The translations under genes were made by a program, and so were the position numbers. A DNA stretch of 46,924 nucleotides from Spirochaetia bacterium (GTDB lineage: Bacteria; Spirochaetota; Spirochaetia; DSM-27196; DATKUC01), in NCBI GenBank assembly GCA_035530755.1, contig DATKUF010000018.1, positions 1 to 46,924 on the forward strand, read 5' to 3'. Position 1 is the first letter of the stretch, and every line of letters begins with the position of its first letter. The notes beneath the pieces were generated by a model. It saw nothing but the letters and a program-made list of their open reading frames with translations. It was not told the DNA's origin and ran no database searches. This document shows, piece by piece, positions 1-8,332 of the stretch.

Positions 1-668
1 TCGACACGGCCGATCTGTTCTTCAGCGATGGGCTCATCGTGGGAACAAAGAGCCGCGTACCCAGCGAAAACCAGGCGTTTTACGCAACTCCGGGGCAGCT
101 GGTGCCGGACTCGATTCCCATCGCCGTACTTGTAGACGGCGGCACCGCGTCGGCGGCGGAAATACTCTCCGGCGCTTTGAAGGACCGCGGCCGCGGCTAT
201 CTGATTGGAGAAAAGACCTACGGCAAGGGCTCCGTTCAGCAGGTTCGCAACGTAGGCGACGGCGGATTTCGACTCACCATGGCAAAATACTACACGCCGA
301 ACGGCGAGTTCATCGACAAGAAGGGAATCCAGCCGGACAAGATCGATGCCCAGCCAAAGCTCTCCGACGATCAGCAAAAGGCGTTGGTCAAACTGATCAA
401 CGAAAATCTGGTCCAGAAGTTCGTTGAGACGCATTCCCGACCAACAGATGCCGAAATCGCCGCTTTTATCACCGAATTGAAGAATCAGGGCGTCGATCTT
501 GACACCCGGACGGTTCGCTACCTGGTGAAAGGGGAGGTGGCCCGCATATCAAACACGCCGGTCGTCTACGACCTCGAATACGACAACGTTTTGTCGGATG
601 CGGTCCAAATGCTTCGAAACAACGAAATTCACCCTACCGCTCATGAAGCGGTTCCTGCTGCCCGCTGA
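1..668 (+). CDS. S41 family C-terminal processing peptidase, C-terminal part (5' end lies outside the window)
   Basis: The frame is open from the window edge. GTASAAEILSGAL (catalytic Ser region) and EKTYGKGSVQ (Lys region) are typical of Ctp/Prc-type S41 peptidases. Confidence 0.8.
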   Translation, partial: DTADLFFSDGLIVGTKSRVPSENQAFYATPGQLVPDSIPIAVLVDGGTASAAEILSGALKDRGRGYLIGEKTYGKGSVQQVRNVGDGGFRLTMAKYYTPNGEFIDKKGIQPDKIDAQPKLSDDQQKALVKLINENLVQKFVETHSRPTDAEIAAFITELKNQGVDLDTRTVRYLVKGEVARISNTPVVYDLEYDNVLSDAVQMLRNNEIHPTAHEAVPAAR

Positions 669-1473
669 TTTTGCCGGCGGACCCGTCGTCGAGCTTTCGG
701 GCCGCAGCTTTCACTACCTCTGCCGGGTGCGGCGGATGAAGGTGGGCGACGGCTGCGACGCGTCCGATCACGCCGGGAATCAATACCGGCTCACGATGGA
801 AAGCGTCGCTGCGGACCGTTGCACCGCCCACCTCCAGGCGCAACCTCGGAGCAGCGACCTGTCGGTCGCTCCGGAATCCGCCGAGTCGAGCTTTCGGGCC
901 GGGGCAGCAGACCTTCCCGAAATCACTCTGTGCCAATGTCTTCCAAAGGGATCGAAACTTGATCTCATCATCCGACAGGCAACGGAGGCAGGTGTCAGCC
1001 GAATTGTGCCCCTGTTGAGTGAATACGCAGTCCCGCAAATTGATTCGGAGTCGGCGGCAAACCGGAAGCTCGACCGGTGGCGAAGAATTGCCCGAGAGGC
1101 CTTCCAGCAGAGTGGCGTCTCGAAGCTCCCCCAAATCGACCCTCCATTGCCGTTTGCGGAACTCGAACGAATCCGGCCTCGCTCACCCGAAACAATAGGA
1201 CTTTTCTTCCATCAACTTCCCGTTGGTGCCGGCCCCCTTGAACAGCGATCGCTCCACGAGTATCTTAGTGCGGACCCTCAGCATATCGCGCTCGTTATCG
1301 GCCCTGAAGGGGGGCTCTCGAATAATGAAATTGAGCAACTCCTGCAGTCAGGCTTCGTGCCGGTCTTTCTCGGCCCGCACGTGCTGCGAACGGAAACTGC
1401 CGCGCTCTATGCGATCGCGGCGGTCCAGATAGTGCTGTTGGAGAAAAAAACGTGGCGGATCGAAAAAAACTGA
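643..1473 (+). CDS. rsmE: 16S rRNA (uracil1498-N3)-methyltransferase RsmE
   Basis: The internal ATG at 643 gives MKRFLLP, a typical RsmE N-terminus. C-terminal GPEGGLSNNEIE and LGPHVLRTETAAL are SPOUT/RsmE signatures. Confidence 0.85.
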   Translation: MKRFLLPADFAGGPVVELSGRSFHYLCRVRRMKVGDGCDASDHAGNQYRLTMESVAADRCTAHLQAQPRSSDLSVAPESAESSFRAGAADLPEITLCQCLPKGSKLDLIIRQATEAGVSRIVPLLSEYAVPQIDSESAANRKLDRWRRIAREAFQQSGVSKLPQIDPPLPFAELERIRPRSPETIGLFFHQLPVGAGPLEQRSLHEYLSADPQHIALVIGPEGGLSNNEIEQLLQSGFVPVFLGPHVLRTETAALYAIAAVQIVLLEKKTWRIEKN

Positions 1474-2210
1474 CGGGCGTCCAGCGAATCCATGTGATCC
1501 ATGTTCCCATCGATGTGGTGGCTCCCGACTCGATCGACCGTGTGGTCGACGAAATGACCAAAGACGAAGAGACCCACCAGATCGTCCTGCTCAGACTCTG
1601 GGATCTCATGCGCGCGCGTGTGGACCGTGAGTTCAACCGCTGCATCCGGCAGGCTTCCCTGGTGATTCCGGTTTCCCGCGGAATTGTCGCAGGTGCACGT
1701 TTTCTCAAGCGCCCGCTGCCGCACAGGTACATGCCGTTCGATTTTGTGATACGGGTTCTCGGAGCTCTTGAGACTCGGCATCGATCGGTCTACGTGATTG
1801 GAGGACAGAAGAAGTACCTTCAGCACGTCGAGCAGAATCTGCGACATACATTTCCCGGGCTGCACTTCGTCGGCCGTTACACCGGCTATTTTGAATCCGA
1901 AGTCGAACGCGATATTATCACTGCGGTCAAGAAGGCGTCCCCCGATCTGCTGTTTACCGGCCCGGGCGTGAAGGCGCGAGACAAATGGTATTTCCGTCAT
2001 CGAACGCAGATAAAGCCCGGAATAGCACTCTGGTCCACGGAAACGTTCGATATATTCGCCGAGAGACGTAAACGCCCATCACGGAAAAGCTTCCAGGCAG
2101 GAACTGATTTTCTTCCGGACCTTTTCCGTAAGCCGTGGCGACTTGTGCGTGGATTGGTGTATCTGTACTATCTGTTCCTGCTCCTGATACACCGAATTCG
2201 CCACATCTGA
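1452..2210 (+). CDS. Divergent WecG/TagA/CpsF (GT26)-like glycosyltransferase
   Basis: The core VYVIGGQKKYLQHVEQNLRHTFPGLHFVGRYTGYF matches the family, but several family-conserved residues appear substituted. The GTG start overlaps the rsmE end by 22 nt. Confidence 0.55.
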   Translation: MADRKKLTGVQRIHVIHVPIDVVAPDSIDRVVDEMTKDEETHQIVLLRLWDLMRARVDREFNRCIRQASLVIPVSRGIVAGARFLKRPLPHRYMPFDFVIRVLGALETRHRSVYVIGGQKKYLQHVEQNLRHTFPGLHFVGRYTGYFESEVERDIITAVKKASPDLLFTGPGVKARDKWYFRHRTQIKPGIALWSTETFDIFAERRKRPSRKSFQAGTDFLPDLFRKPWRLVRGLVYLYYLFLLLIHRIRHI

Positions 2211-2263
2211 GAACAGACCCACGTACGGTGACTCCCGACCTGTTCCCGGGTGTCCTGTCGTAC

Positions 2264-2749
2264 TCACGTTTCATCGTCGGCTTCTATCTTGCCGCTTCCG
2301 TCGAATTCCCGCATCTTGAGAAACTCGTAAACCTTGTTCAATTGAACACCCATGCGGAATGTGAGGGCGTACCCGGCGAAGTATCTCATACCCGGCAAGA
2401 AGAGCAGAAGCCCGACGGCTGAGGTGAAGAACCCGGGCAGAATCATCAGGATTCCGCCGAGCAGGCATCCTGCGATTTCGCGAAACTGGCGACGCGGGTA
2501 GACGCCTTCGCGCACGCATGCCCGCAGTTTTCCCAGGCTGTGCCGAACTGCGTCAATGACGACGAAGGTGGCTGCGAGGCTGACTCCCGCCTCAATCGCA
2601 AGAATCAGGAAAACGCCGTACATTCGTGACAGATAGAAGAGCACGAAACTGTCCGCGAGAACGAGCAGGCTACAGAGGAGAAAGCTCAGCAGGAATTTCA
2701 CGACGAACTCCCGCTCGAAAAGGCGTAACAGAGACGCCATCTCTACCAT
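2264..2749 (-). CDS. fxsA: FxsA family membrane protein
   Basis: N-terminal TM helices followed by the PGFFTSAVGLLLFLPGMR motif characteristic of FxsA. Length 161 aa. Confidence 0.7.
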   Translation of the reverse strand: MVEMASLLRLFEREFVVKFLLSFLLCSLLVLADSFVLFYLSRMYGVFLILAIEAGVSLAATFVVIDAVRHSLGKLRACVREGVYPRRQFREIAGCLLGGILMILPGFFTSAVGLLLFLPGMRYFAGYALTFRMGVQLNKVYEFLKMREFDGSGKIEADDET

Positions 2750-2906
2750 GGCCCCGGATTATATCACACCCTTTTTTTCCCTTCTGTGCTTGCATTTTCG
2801 TTTGCAATCAATACGCTTTAGGGTAACCGCTATATCAGCACTCGAACGCCGTGTTTACTGCATCGGTGGCGGACATTCGTCTCAGCTCGTTCTCTCGGGG
2901 GCAGCG

Positions 2907-4040
2907 ATGTCGATGGTACGCATTCTTGTCGTTGGCGGCGATCACGGATCGCAGGCCCTGTTCGGGCAAATCCTGTCATCCGATTACCGGATCCTCCGTC
3001 GGGACCCGGATCTGCCGCCGATCGATCAGGTAGTTCGCGACAGACCGGACATTGTACTCATCGATCTCAAAGGCGCTGAGGACAGCATCTACATCCTGAT
3101 TTCTGATCTCCACCGCCTCCCGCGAGCGCCGAACGTAATCATCTATAGCCCCGTCACCGATCCGGCTGTAATCGTAGCGTCGGTACGCGCCGGCGCTTTC
3201 GACTACATCGTGAAACCCGCGCTCTTCGACACATTGCGGAAAAGCATTCACCGGGCGACTGCGGAGCGACTTTCCGGCGCGACTTTCGCTGCCGAATCCT
3301 CCGGAGGCCCTCTCGATGACATTCTGGGGTCGGGCGAAGCGATGAGAGAAATGAAGGAACTCCTCAGAGCGTTCGCTCCGACCGAAGACCCGATTCTGCT
3401 GATCGGCGAAAGTGGAACCGGCAAGGAACTGGCCGCCCGAACGATCCACCGGCTCTCGGCACTGGGACTTTTTGTCGCGGTGAACTGCGCCGCAATTCCG
3501 GATACCCTCTTCGAGTCTGAAATGTTCGGCGTCGAACGAGGCGCGTTCACCGACGCGGTACCGCATCCCGGTTTTTTCGAGCGGGCCCACGGAGGAACGC
3601 TTTTTCTCGATGAGATTGGCGAAATGCCCCGATCCTCTCAGTCGAAGCTTCTTCGAATCATCGAAGATCACGAAGTATGTCGAATCGGGGCGACCCGATC
3701 ACGGCCTGTGACCGTAAGAATCGTCGCCGCCACCAATTGCGATCTCAAGCAGGCGGTTGCGGCAGGCCGATTTCGGCGGGATCTCTACTACCGGGTCAAC
3801 GTCCTATGCATCGCGATACCGAATCTGCGATCGCATCCGGAAGACATTCCGCTTCTCGCGCACCACTTTCTGCAGAGCGAAAACGGGACGGTCGAGCCTC
3901 CGGTAAATGCGGCGGCAATACGAAAGCTGCTTCAACACGACTGGCCGGGAAATGTACGCGAGCTGCGCGGGTTGATGAGACGCGCGGCAATTCTTGCCGG
4001 AAGAGACTGCATTGACGAGAGGCATATCCGATTCACGTAG
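2907..4040 (+). CDS. Sigma-54-dependent response regulator (REC + AAA+ domains) with no C-terminal HTH
   Basis: The ATG at 2907 gives MSMVRILVVGG. Receiver-like features: DIVLIDL and DYIVKP. AAA+ features: Walker A GESGTGKE, Walker B GGTLFLDEIGEM, sigma-54 contact loop GAFTDA, ESEMFG, RRDLYYRVNV. The protein ends about 25 aa after WPGNVRELR, with no Fis-type HTH. Confidence 0.85.
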   Translation: MSMVRILVVGGDHGSQALFGQILSSDYRILRRDPDLPPIDQVVRDRPDIVLIDLKGAEDSIYILISDLHRLPRAPNVIIYSPVTDPAVIVASVRAGAFDYIVKPALFDTLRKSIHRATAERLSGATFAAESSGGPLDDILGSGEAMREMKELLRAFAPTEDPILLIGESGTGKELAARTIHRLSALGLFVAVNCAAIPDTLFESEMFGVERGAFTDAVPHPGFFERAHGGTLFLDEIGEMPRSSQSKLLRIIEDHEVCRIGATRSRPVTVRIVAATNCDLKQAVAAGRFRRDLYYRVNVLCIAIPNLRSHPEDIPLLAHHFLQSENGTVEPPVNAAAIRKLLQHDWPGNVRELRGLMRRAAILAGRDCIDERHIRFT

Positions 4041-4061
4041 ATCAAGCGATGCGTTTACCGG

Positions 4062-4547
4062 CTATGGCAGGTTTCTGACGTAGACTGCGTTGATGTAGGC
4101 AGCTCGGCGTCCGTCGAGACCATCGTCAAAGCCTGCCAGTCTTCCCACCACGAGAAGCTGATCGTTCATCTGGATAATTCCCTCCGGAGCCGGTGTGGGA
4201 ACTCTCGCGGGAAGACGTTTGAAGAACTCCGGGCCGGAGAAGATGAGGTAGACACGATAGAGGTCGACCTTGCGGAGGCCAATCCACTGGCCGGCAACCA
4301 GCTCGGCCACGGCGAGGAAGTCCTTTTCGCCGGGACGAATTACCTCGATGGAGGCCACAGCGCCGTTCAGAAGCAGATACTTGTCTGCATCTATCTGCTT
4401 TTCCTGCTGATTAGCGACAAGCGTGTCGATCTGGGCGACATTAAGGCCAAAATCGACCATACTGTCAAAGGATTTCGCATTCTGGCCGGAAAGGGCGGTA
4501 AGACAACCGACAACAAGTACCGCTGCGATCAGCGCCGTCCGTTTCAT
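4062..4547 (-). CDS. Small secreted protein or lipoprotein of unknown function
   Basis: The internal ATG at 4547 gives MKRTALIAAVLVVGC, a signal peptide with a possible lipobox VVGC. No recognisable domain. Confidence 0.55.
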   Translation of the reverse strand: MKRTALIAAVLVVGCLTALSGQNAKSFDSMVDFGLNVAQIDTLVANQQEKQIDADKYLLLNGAVASIEVIRPGEKDFLAVAELVAGQWIGLRKVDLYRVYLIFSGPEFFKRLPARVPTPAPEGIIQMNDQLLVVGRLAGFDDGLDGRRAAYINAVYVRNLP

Positions 4548-4613
4548 ATGTCCGTGAGTATACCAGTATTTTTCGTCTTTGTCTAAACATAGATACCGTG
4601 ATACGTTTAGATT

Positions 4614-5339
4614 GTGGGTACTCCGGGGATCCTCAGCGGCAGAACTGCCTTGATCGTCGGCGGGACGGGAGGAATCGGACGCGAGGTTGCACGTGCGCTC
4701 GCGGCGCGCGGTGCCGATCTCATCCTGCACGGCGGGCACGATCGCCGCAAAGGCGAGGATCTCGTGCGTGAGCTCTCTGCCGGCGGCGTAAAAGTTCGGC
4801 TTGTCATGGCTGAAATCGCCGCCCTGGAAGATGCCGATCTACTTGGGGTACAGGCTTCAGGTGCCGACATTCTAGTCTGTGGGTTCGGTCCGTTCCTGAG
4901 AACTCCGCTCGACGGAATGAGCCGGGCCGAATGGCGGAATATGTGCGAGCTGAACCTCGCGCTGCCCGGCTACCTGGTATCATCCGCGGTTGCCCGGATG
5001 GCTGAACGCAGATATGGGCGAATTATCCTGTTCGGCGGGACCGGGACCGCGGTTCCGCGAGGTTACAAGACGGTGGCCGCCTACTCGGCCGCGAAGATTG
5101 GCCTTGGAGTTATTGCGAAATCCGTGGCCGATAACTACGGTCGACAGAACGTGACCTGCAACGTGATAGTACCCGGGTATGTCGATACCGAGTATTTGAG
5201 CGACGCCGACCGTACATCGTTTGCGAGACGCAGCCCTTCCGGACTCCTGGCGCGTCCCGAAATAATTGCCCGATGGGTCACGGAAGTGGTCTGTTCCGAT
5301 GAGGGACTGCCGAATGGCGCGATTCTTGAGCTATCTTGA
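4614..5339 (+). CDS. Short-chain dehydrogenase/reductase (SDR) family oxidoreductase
   Basis: GTG start. Rossmann motif GGTGGIGREVA and catalytic YSAAK (YxxxK). Confidence 0.8.
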   Translation: MGTPGILSGRTALIVGGTGGIGREVARALAARGADLILHGGHDRRKGEDLVRELSAGGVKVRLVMAEIAALEDADLLGVQASGADILVCGFGPFLRTPLDGMSRAEWRNMCELNLALPGYLVSSAVARMAERRYGRIILFGGTGTAVPRGYKTVAAYSAAKIGLGVIAKSVADNYGRQNVTCNVIVPGYVDTEYLSDADRTSFARRSPSGLLARPEIIARWVTEVVCSDEGLPNGAILELS

Positions 5340-5366
5340 TAGCTACATATTTGTGAGAGAATGGAT

Positions 5367-5395
5367 TTGACAAAGAACCATCGGACTAATAATAT
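5367..5395 (+). promoter_or_regulatory. Candidate sigma-70 promoter for the STAS-PspA gene cluster
   Basis: TTGACA (5367-5372), a 17-nt spacer, then TAATAT (5390-5395). It lies about 100 nt upstream of the ATG at 5496. Confidence 0.45.
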
Positions 5396-5464
5396 TGTGT
5401 GGAGGATCTGTGAAGGATCTTTCCATGTAAAAAATCCTGTGAGCTCTGAATGTGCCGTATCATG

Positions 5465-5480
5465 TGGCACGGTATCAGCA
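5465..5480 (+). promoter_or_regulatory. Sigma-54 (-24/-12)-like motif
   Basis: TGGCACGgtatCAGCA compared with the consensus TGGCACG-N4-TTGCA. The GG and GC elements are correctly spaced. It sits only about 16 nt before the ATG at 5496 and is also part of a GTGCC/GGCAC hairpin. Confidence 0.25.
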
Positions 5481-5495
5481 GATTGAAGGGGAGCC

Positions 5496-6047
5496 ATGAG
5501 CAACAACGATATCGTTCCGGGCTTTGACGAAGAAAAAGATGAAAGCCTGAAGATTCGTTTGCAGAAGGTGGAATCTGCGGACGGGTCCCTGATTCTCTTT
5601 CTCACCGGATACATCGATACGTACAACTCGAACTTCTTCCAGAAAAGGGTGAACCGGGCTATCGAATCCGGGTTCACCCGGCTCATCTTTCACTGCGGCG
5701 GACTCAACTATGTATCCAGCACAGGAATTGGATCCTTTACTGCGTTCCTGAAAGCGGTAAAACCCCGCGGCGGCGACCTTGTACTCCTCGAGATTCAACC
5801 GAAGGTGTATGAAGTTTTTCAGCTGCTTGGATTTTCGCAGTTCTTCAATATCAAGGACAACCTTGAGGAAGCGGTGGAGTTCTTCGCAAAGGGTGGGGTT
5901 TCAGTCGAATCGGACGTGTTCCCGAAGATATTCAAGTGTCCGATCTGTTCGAAGAAATTGAAAGCCACGAAGGCGGGTCGTTTCCGTTGTTCCGAATGTA
6001 AGACAATCCTCGCGATCGACAATTCAGGACAGGTCTTTCTCGGCTAG
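5496..6047 (+). CDS. STAS-domain protein (SpoIIAA-like anti-sigma-factor antagonist) fused to a C-terminal zinc ribbon
   Basis: STAS core LFLTGYIDTYNS...LNYVSSTGIGSF...VFQLLGFSQFFNI, with the conserved Ser region. The C-terminus carries CPICSKK-N13-CSECKT (CxxC...CxxC). SD GAAGGGGAG precedes the ATG. Confidence 0.75.
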   Translation: MSNNDIVPGFDEEKDESLKIRLQKVESADGSLILFLTGYIDTYNSNFFQKRVNRAIESGFTRLIFHCGGLNYVSSTGIGSFTAFLKAVKPRGGDLVLLEIQPKVYEVFQLLGFSQFFNIKDNLEEAVEFFAKGGVSVESDVFPKIFKCPICSKKLKATKAGRFRCSECKTILAIDNSGQVFLG

Positions 6048-6065
6048 CACCGTCTTCAGCCCGTT

Positions 6066-6085
6066 CCGGAGAGGCTTCCTCCCGG
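6066..6085 (+). other. GC-rich hairpin just after the STAS gene stop (possible attenuator or RNA stability element)
   Basis: CCGG(A)GAGG ctt CCTCCCGG forms an 8-bp stem with one bulged A and a 3-nt loop. There is no downstream U-tract. Confidence 0.3.
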
Positions 6086-6214
6086 GGTCCCTGGCGAATC
6101 AACTCATTGGATGAGGGCACGGGTGGGATTGGTTGTCCCCGTGAAATTGCCGGTTCAAATGCGGTTTCCCGCTGTTCCGGATCCCAATGCGACCATTTTC
6201 AATAAGGAGTTCCC

Positions 6215-6589
6215 ATGGATACGTCAAAAATTGAAGGCTATCTTATCAACTCATCCATTACCCATCAGGAGATCGACGACAACATCTGGCTCATCAACGA
6301 TGCGGAGAAGGGTCTCGGAAACGTAGTCGTGCTTTCGCAGGATTCACTCGTCACTATCCGGGCAAAAGTGATGGAGTTGCCAAAGGAACGCCGGCCGGAA
6401 TTGTATGAAGAACTGCTCCGGCTGAACGCAGACATGGTGCACGGTGCCTACGCGATCGAGGAAGATCACGTTATACTCCTGGATACGTTGGAATACGACA
6501 CGATGGATTTTGAGGAATTCCAGGCGTCGCTCGATGCGATTGGACTCGCGCTGGCTCAGCACTATCCGAAACTCTCCAAGTACAGGTAA
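6215..6589 (+). CDS. Small acidic YbjN / type III chaperone-like domain protein
   Basis: 124 aa. The pattern WLINDAEKGLGNVVVL...IRAKVMELP...LYEELLRLNADMVHGAYAIEEDHVILLDTLEYDTMDFEEFQASLDAI resembles the YbjN/CesT-like fold family. SD AAGGAG lies upstream. Confidence 0.45.
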   Translation: MDTSKIEGYLINSSITHQEIDDNIWLINDAEKGLGNVVVLSQDSLVTIRAKVMELPKERRPELYEELLRLNADMVHGAYAIEEDHVILLDTLEYDTMDFEEFQASLDAIGLALAQHYPKLSKYR

Positions 6590-6607
6590 ATCTAAGGAGG
6601 CCTAACA

Positions 6608-7441
6608 ATGGGTATCTTTGACCGGTTTAAGCGGGTAGTAAAGTCCAACCTCAACGACATGATCAGCAAGGCTGAGAACCCCGAAAAGATGCTGAATCAA
6701 CTGATCGTCGACATGAATCAGCAGCTGATCGAGTCGAAGAAAGCCGTTGCTTCGGCGATCGCCGACGAGAAACGTCTCGAACGCGAACTTGGTCAGAATA
6801 GAGCACAGGGTCAGGAGTGGGAGCGCAAGGCGATGCTGGCCGTGAGAGCCGGAAAGGACGACCTGGCGAAAGAGGCGCTCCTTCGCAAACAGGAATACGA
6901 AGGTTACACCACACAATATCAATCGCAGTTCGACGCGCAGCATCAAGCGGTAGAGAAACTGAAAGAGGCTTTGCGCGGACTGCAGCAAAAGATCGAAGAG
7001 GCACAGCGAAAGAAGAATCTACTGGTTGCACGAGCGAAACGGGCCGACGCCCAGAAAAAGATCCAACAAACCATCGGCGGGATGTCGGACACGTCGGCGT
7101 TCGACGTTTTTGACCGGATGGCGGCCAAGGTCGATCAAATCGAGGCTGAGGCCGACGCGATGGGCGAGCTCGACGACATGCGAAAGGACAATGATCTGGA
7201 GAGCCAGTTCAAACAGCTCGAGGGCGGCGCGAGCGCCGACCTTCTTCTCGAAGATCTCAAGAAACGGATGTCTATCGAAGGCCCTTCGTCGCAGACGACG
7301 GGGTCACAGTCGACTTCCGGCAAATCCTCCGGTGGGCAAAGCGGTTCCGGAACGACCTCAAAAGCGAAGGATGATGACCCTTCTTCCGACGAGGCGCTCG
7401 AGGAACTGAAACGGAAAATGCGTGATGAGGCCGGCGGATGA
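6608..7441 (+). CDS. pspA: PspA/IM30 family protein with a Ser/Gly/Thr-rich C-terminal extension
   Basis: The N-terminus MGIFDRFKRVVKSNLNDMISKAENPEKMLNQLIVDMNQQL is the classic PspA/IM30 start, followed by a long coiled coil. The tail is SSQTTGSQSTSGKSSGGQSGSGTTSKAKDDD. A strong SD AAGGAGG lies upstream. Confidence 0.9.
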   Translation: MGIFDRFKRVVKSNLNDMISKAENPEKMLNQLIVDMNQQLIESKKAVASAIADEKRLERELGQNRAQGQEWERKAMLAVRAGKDDLAKEALLRKQEYEGYTTQYQSQFDAQHQAVEKLKEALRGLQQKIEEAQRKKNLLVARAKRADAQKKIQQTIGGMSDTSAFDVFDRMAAKVDQIEAEADAMGELDDMRKDNDLESQFKQLEGGASADLLLEDLKKRMSIEGPSSQTTGSQSTSGKSSGGQSGSGTTSKAKDDDPSSDEALEELKRKMRDEAGG

Positions 7442-8093
7442 TCCGGTAATCCTCCTCATCACCAACGATCGTGCGCTTGGGGAGAAAACCCGGTTCCACT
7501 TTGGAGAGTCCGGACTGCCGGCGCGCGTCGAAGTGATGTACGGCGACACCGAGGACGGCCAGGATGTAATCGGCAGCATCGACATTCACCAGGGACCCGG
7601 AGACATACTCGTGTTGCCGGTCCGATGGATCTATCGCCTTTTCGAAAACGTTGACATAGAAGGGACCCCGATCATAGCGTACGGGAGTCCCTCGTTTATT
7701 TCCGAAGCGTTCGTCCTCGGCTGTTGCGACTATCTGCGTGAACCCTGGGAGCCTGATGAACTATGGATTCGTGCGTCCCGGCAGATCTTCGATGCCAAGA
7801 TCGGTTATCCCTGGGGCACTCTCAACGTCCTTCGCGATCGCGTGGTCGGGCCGAACGGCGAGAAACCACTCTCCTACCCGGAATACCGCATTATGGCGAT
7901 GCTTGCGCGGCATCGGGGGGCGGTTGTGACGCGGCAGGCCTTGTACTATGCACTCTGGGGACGCGACGCCACGGACTCGCGCGTGGTTGACATGCATGTC
8001 TCGCATCTGCGCAGGAAGCTCCATGAAGTAGTGCCGCCCGGCAACGGCGAGCTGATCGAAACAATCCACGGTCAGGGTTACTGCCTCTTTTAG
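7425..8093 (+). CDS. OmpR/PhoB-type winged-helix regulator with a degenerate (pseudo-)receiver domain
   Basis: C-terminal wHTH: LSYPEYRIMAMLARHRGAVVTRQALYYALWGRD...VVDMHVSHLRRKL...IETIHGQGYCLF. The N-terminal REC-like fold has Pro where the phospho-Asp is expected (DILVLPV) and Glu where the Lys is expected (DYLREPW). The start (GTG 7422 or ATG 7425) overlaps the pspA stop. Confidence 0.75.
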   Translation: MRPADDPVILLITNDRALGEKTRFHFGESGLPARVEVMYGDTEDGQDVIGSIDIHQGPGDILVLPVRWIYRLFENVDIEGTPIIAYGSPSFISEAFVLGCCDYLREPWEPDELWIRASRQIFDAKIGYPWGTLNVLRDRVVGPNGEKPLSYPEYRIMAMLARHRGAVVTRQALYYALWGRDATDSRVVDMHVSHLRRKLHEVVPPGNGELIETIHGQGYCLF

Positions 8094-8120
8094 CAAAATA
8101 CGTACCTGCGCACTGTGCAT

Positions 8121-8133
8121 ATCTTGTGGATAA
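8121..8133. promoter_or_regulatory. 13-nt repeat copy 1 containing a perfect DnaA-box 9-mer
   Basis: The sequence is ATCTTGTGGATAA. TGTGGATAA (8125-8133) is the reverse complement of the consensus TTATCCACA. Confidence 0.5.
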
Positions 8134-8332
8134 GCGACGATGTTCGGTCTATTTCCTATACATCTTTTAAGCACCTGTGAGAAGTTTTTCTCCAAAATCC
8201 GCGTCACAATTCGGTTATTCCCGTTAAATGATTATCTCATATAAGTTTAGTCGCCGAACCATGACAAAAAACTATTTTGCCGACCTGAAACGGCCACTTG
8301 ACGCTCTTCAGCGCGGGGGGATGGGCGTTTCC

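Noticed and set aside
6115-6133. A second sigma-54-like motif (GGGCACGGGTGGGATTGG) upstream of the YbjN-like/PspA genes.
   Set aside because: The spacing between the GG and the TTG(G) element is 2-3 nt too long and there is no GC at -12. The segment is better explained as the 5' arm of a CACGGG...CCCGTG hairpin.
6152-6160. A GGTTCAAAT T-loop-like sequence suggesting a tRNA in the STAS/YbjN spacer.
   Set aside because: The flanking bases (GCCGG / GCGGT) cannot form the 5-bp T-stem, and no acceptor or anticodon arms could be built.
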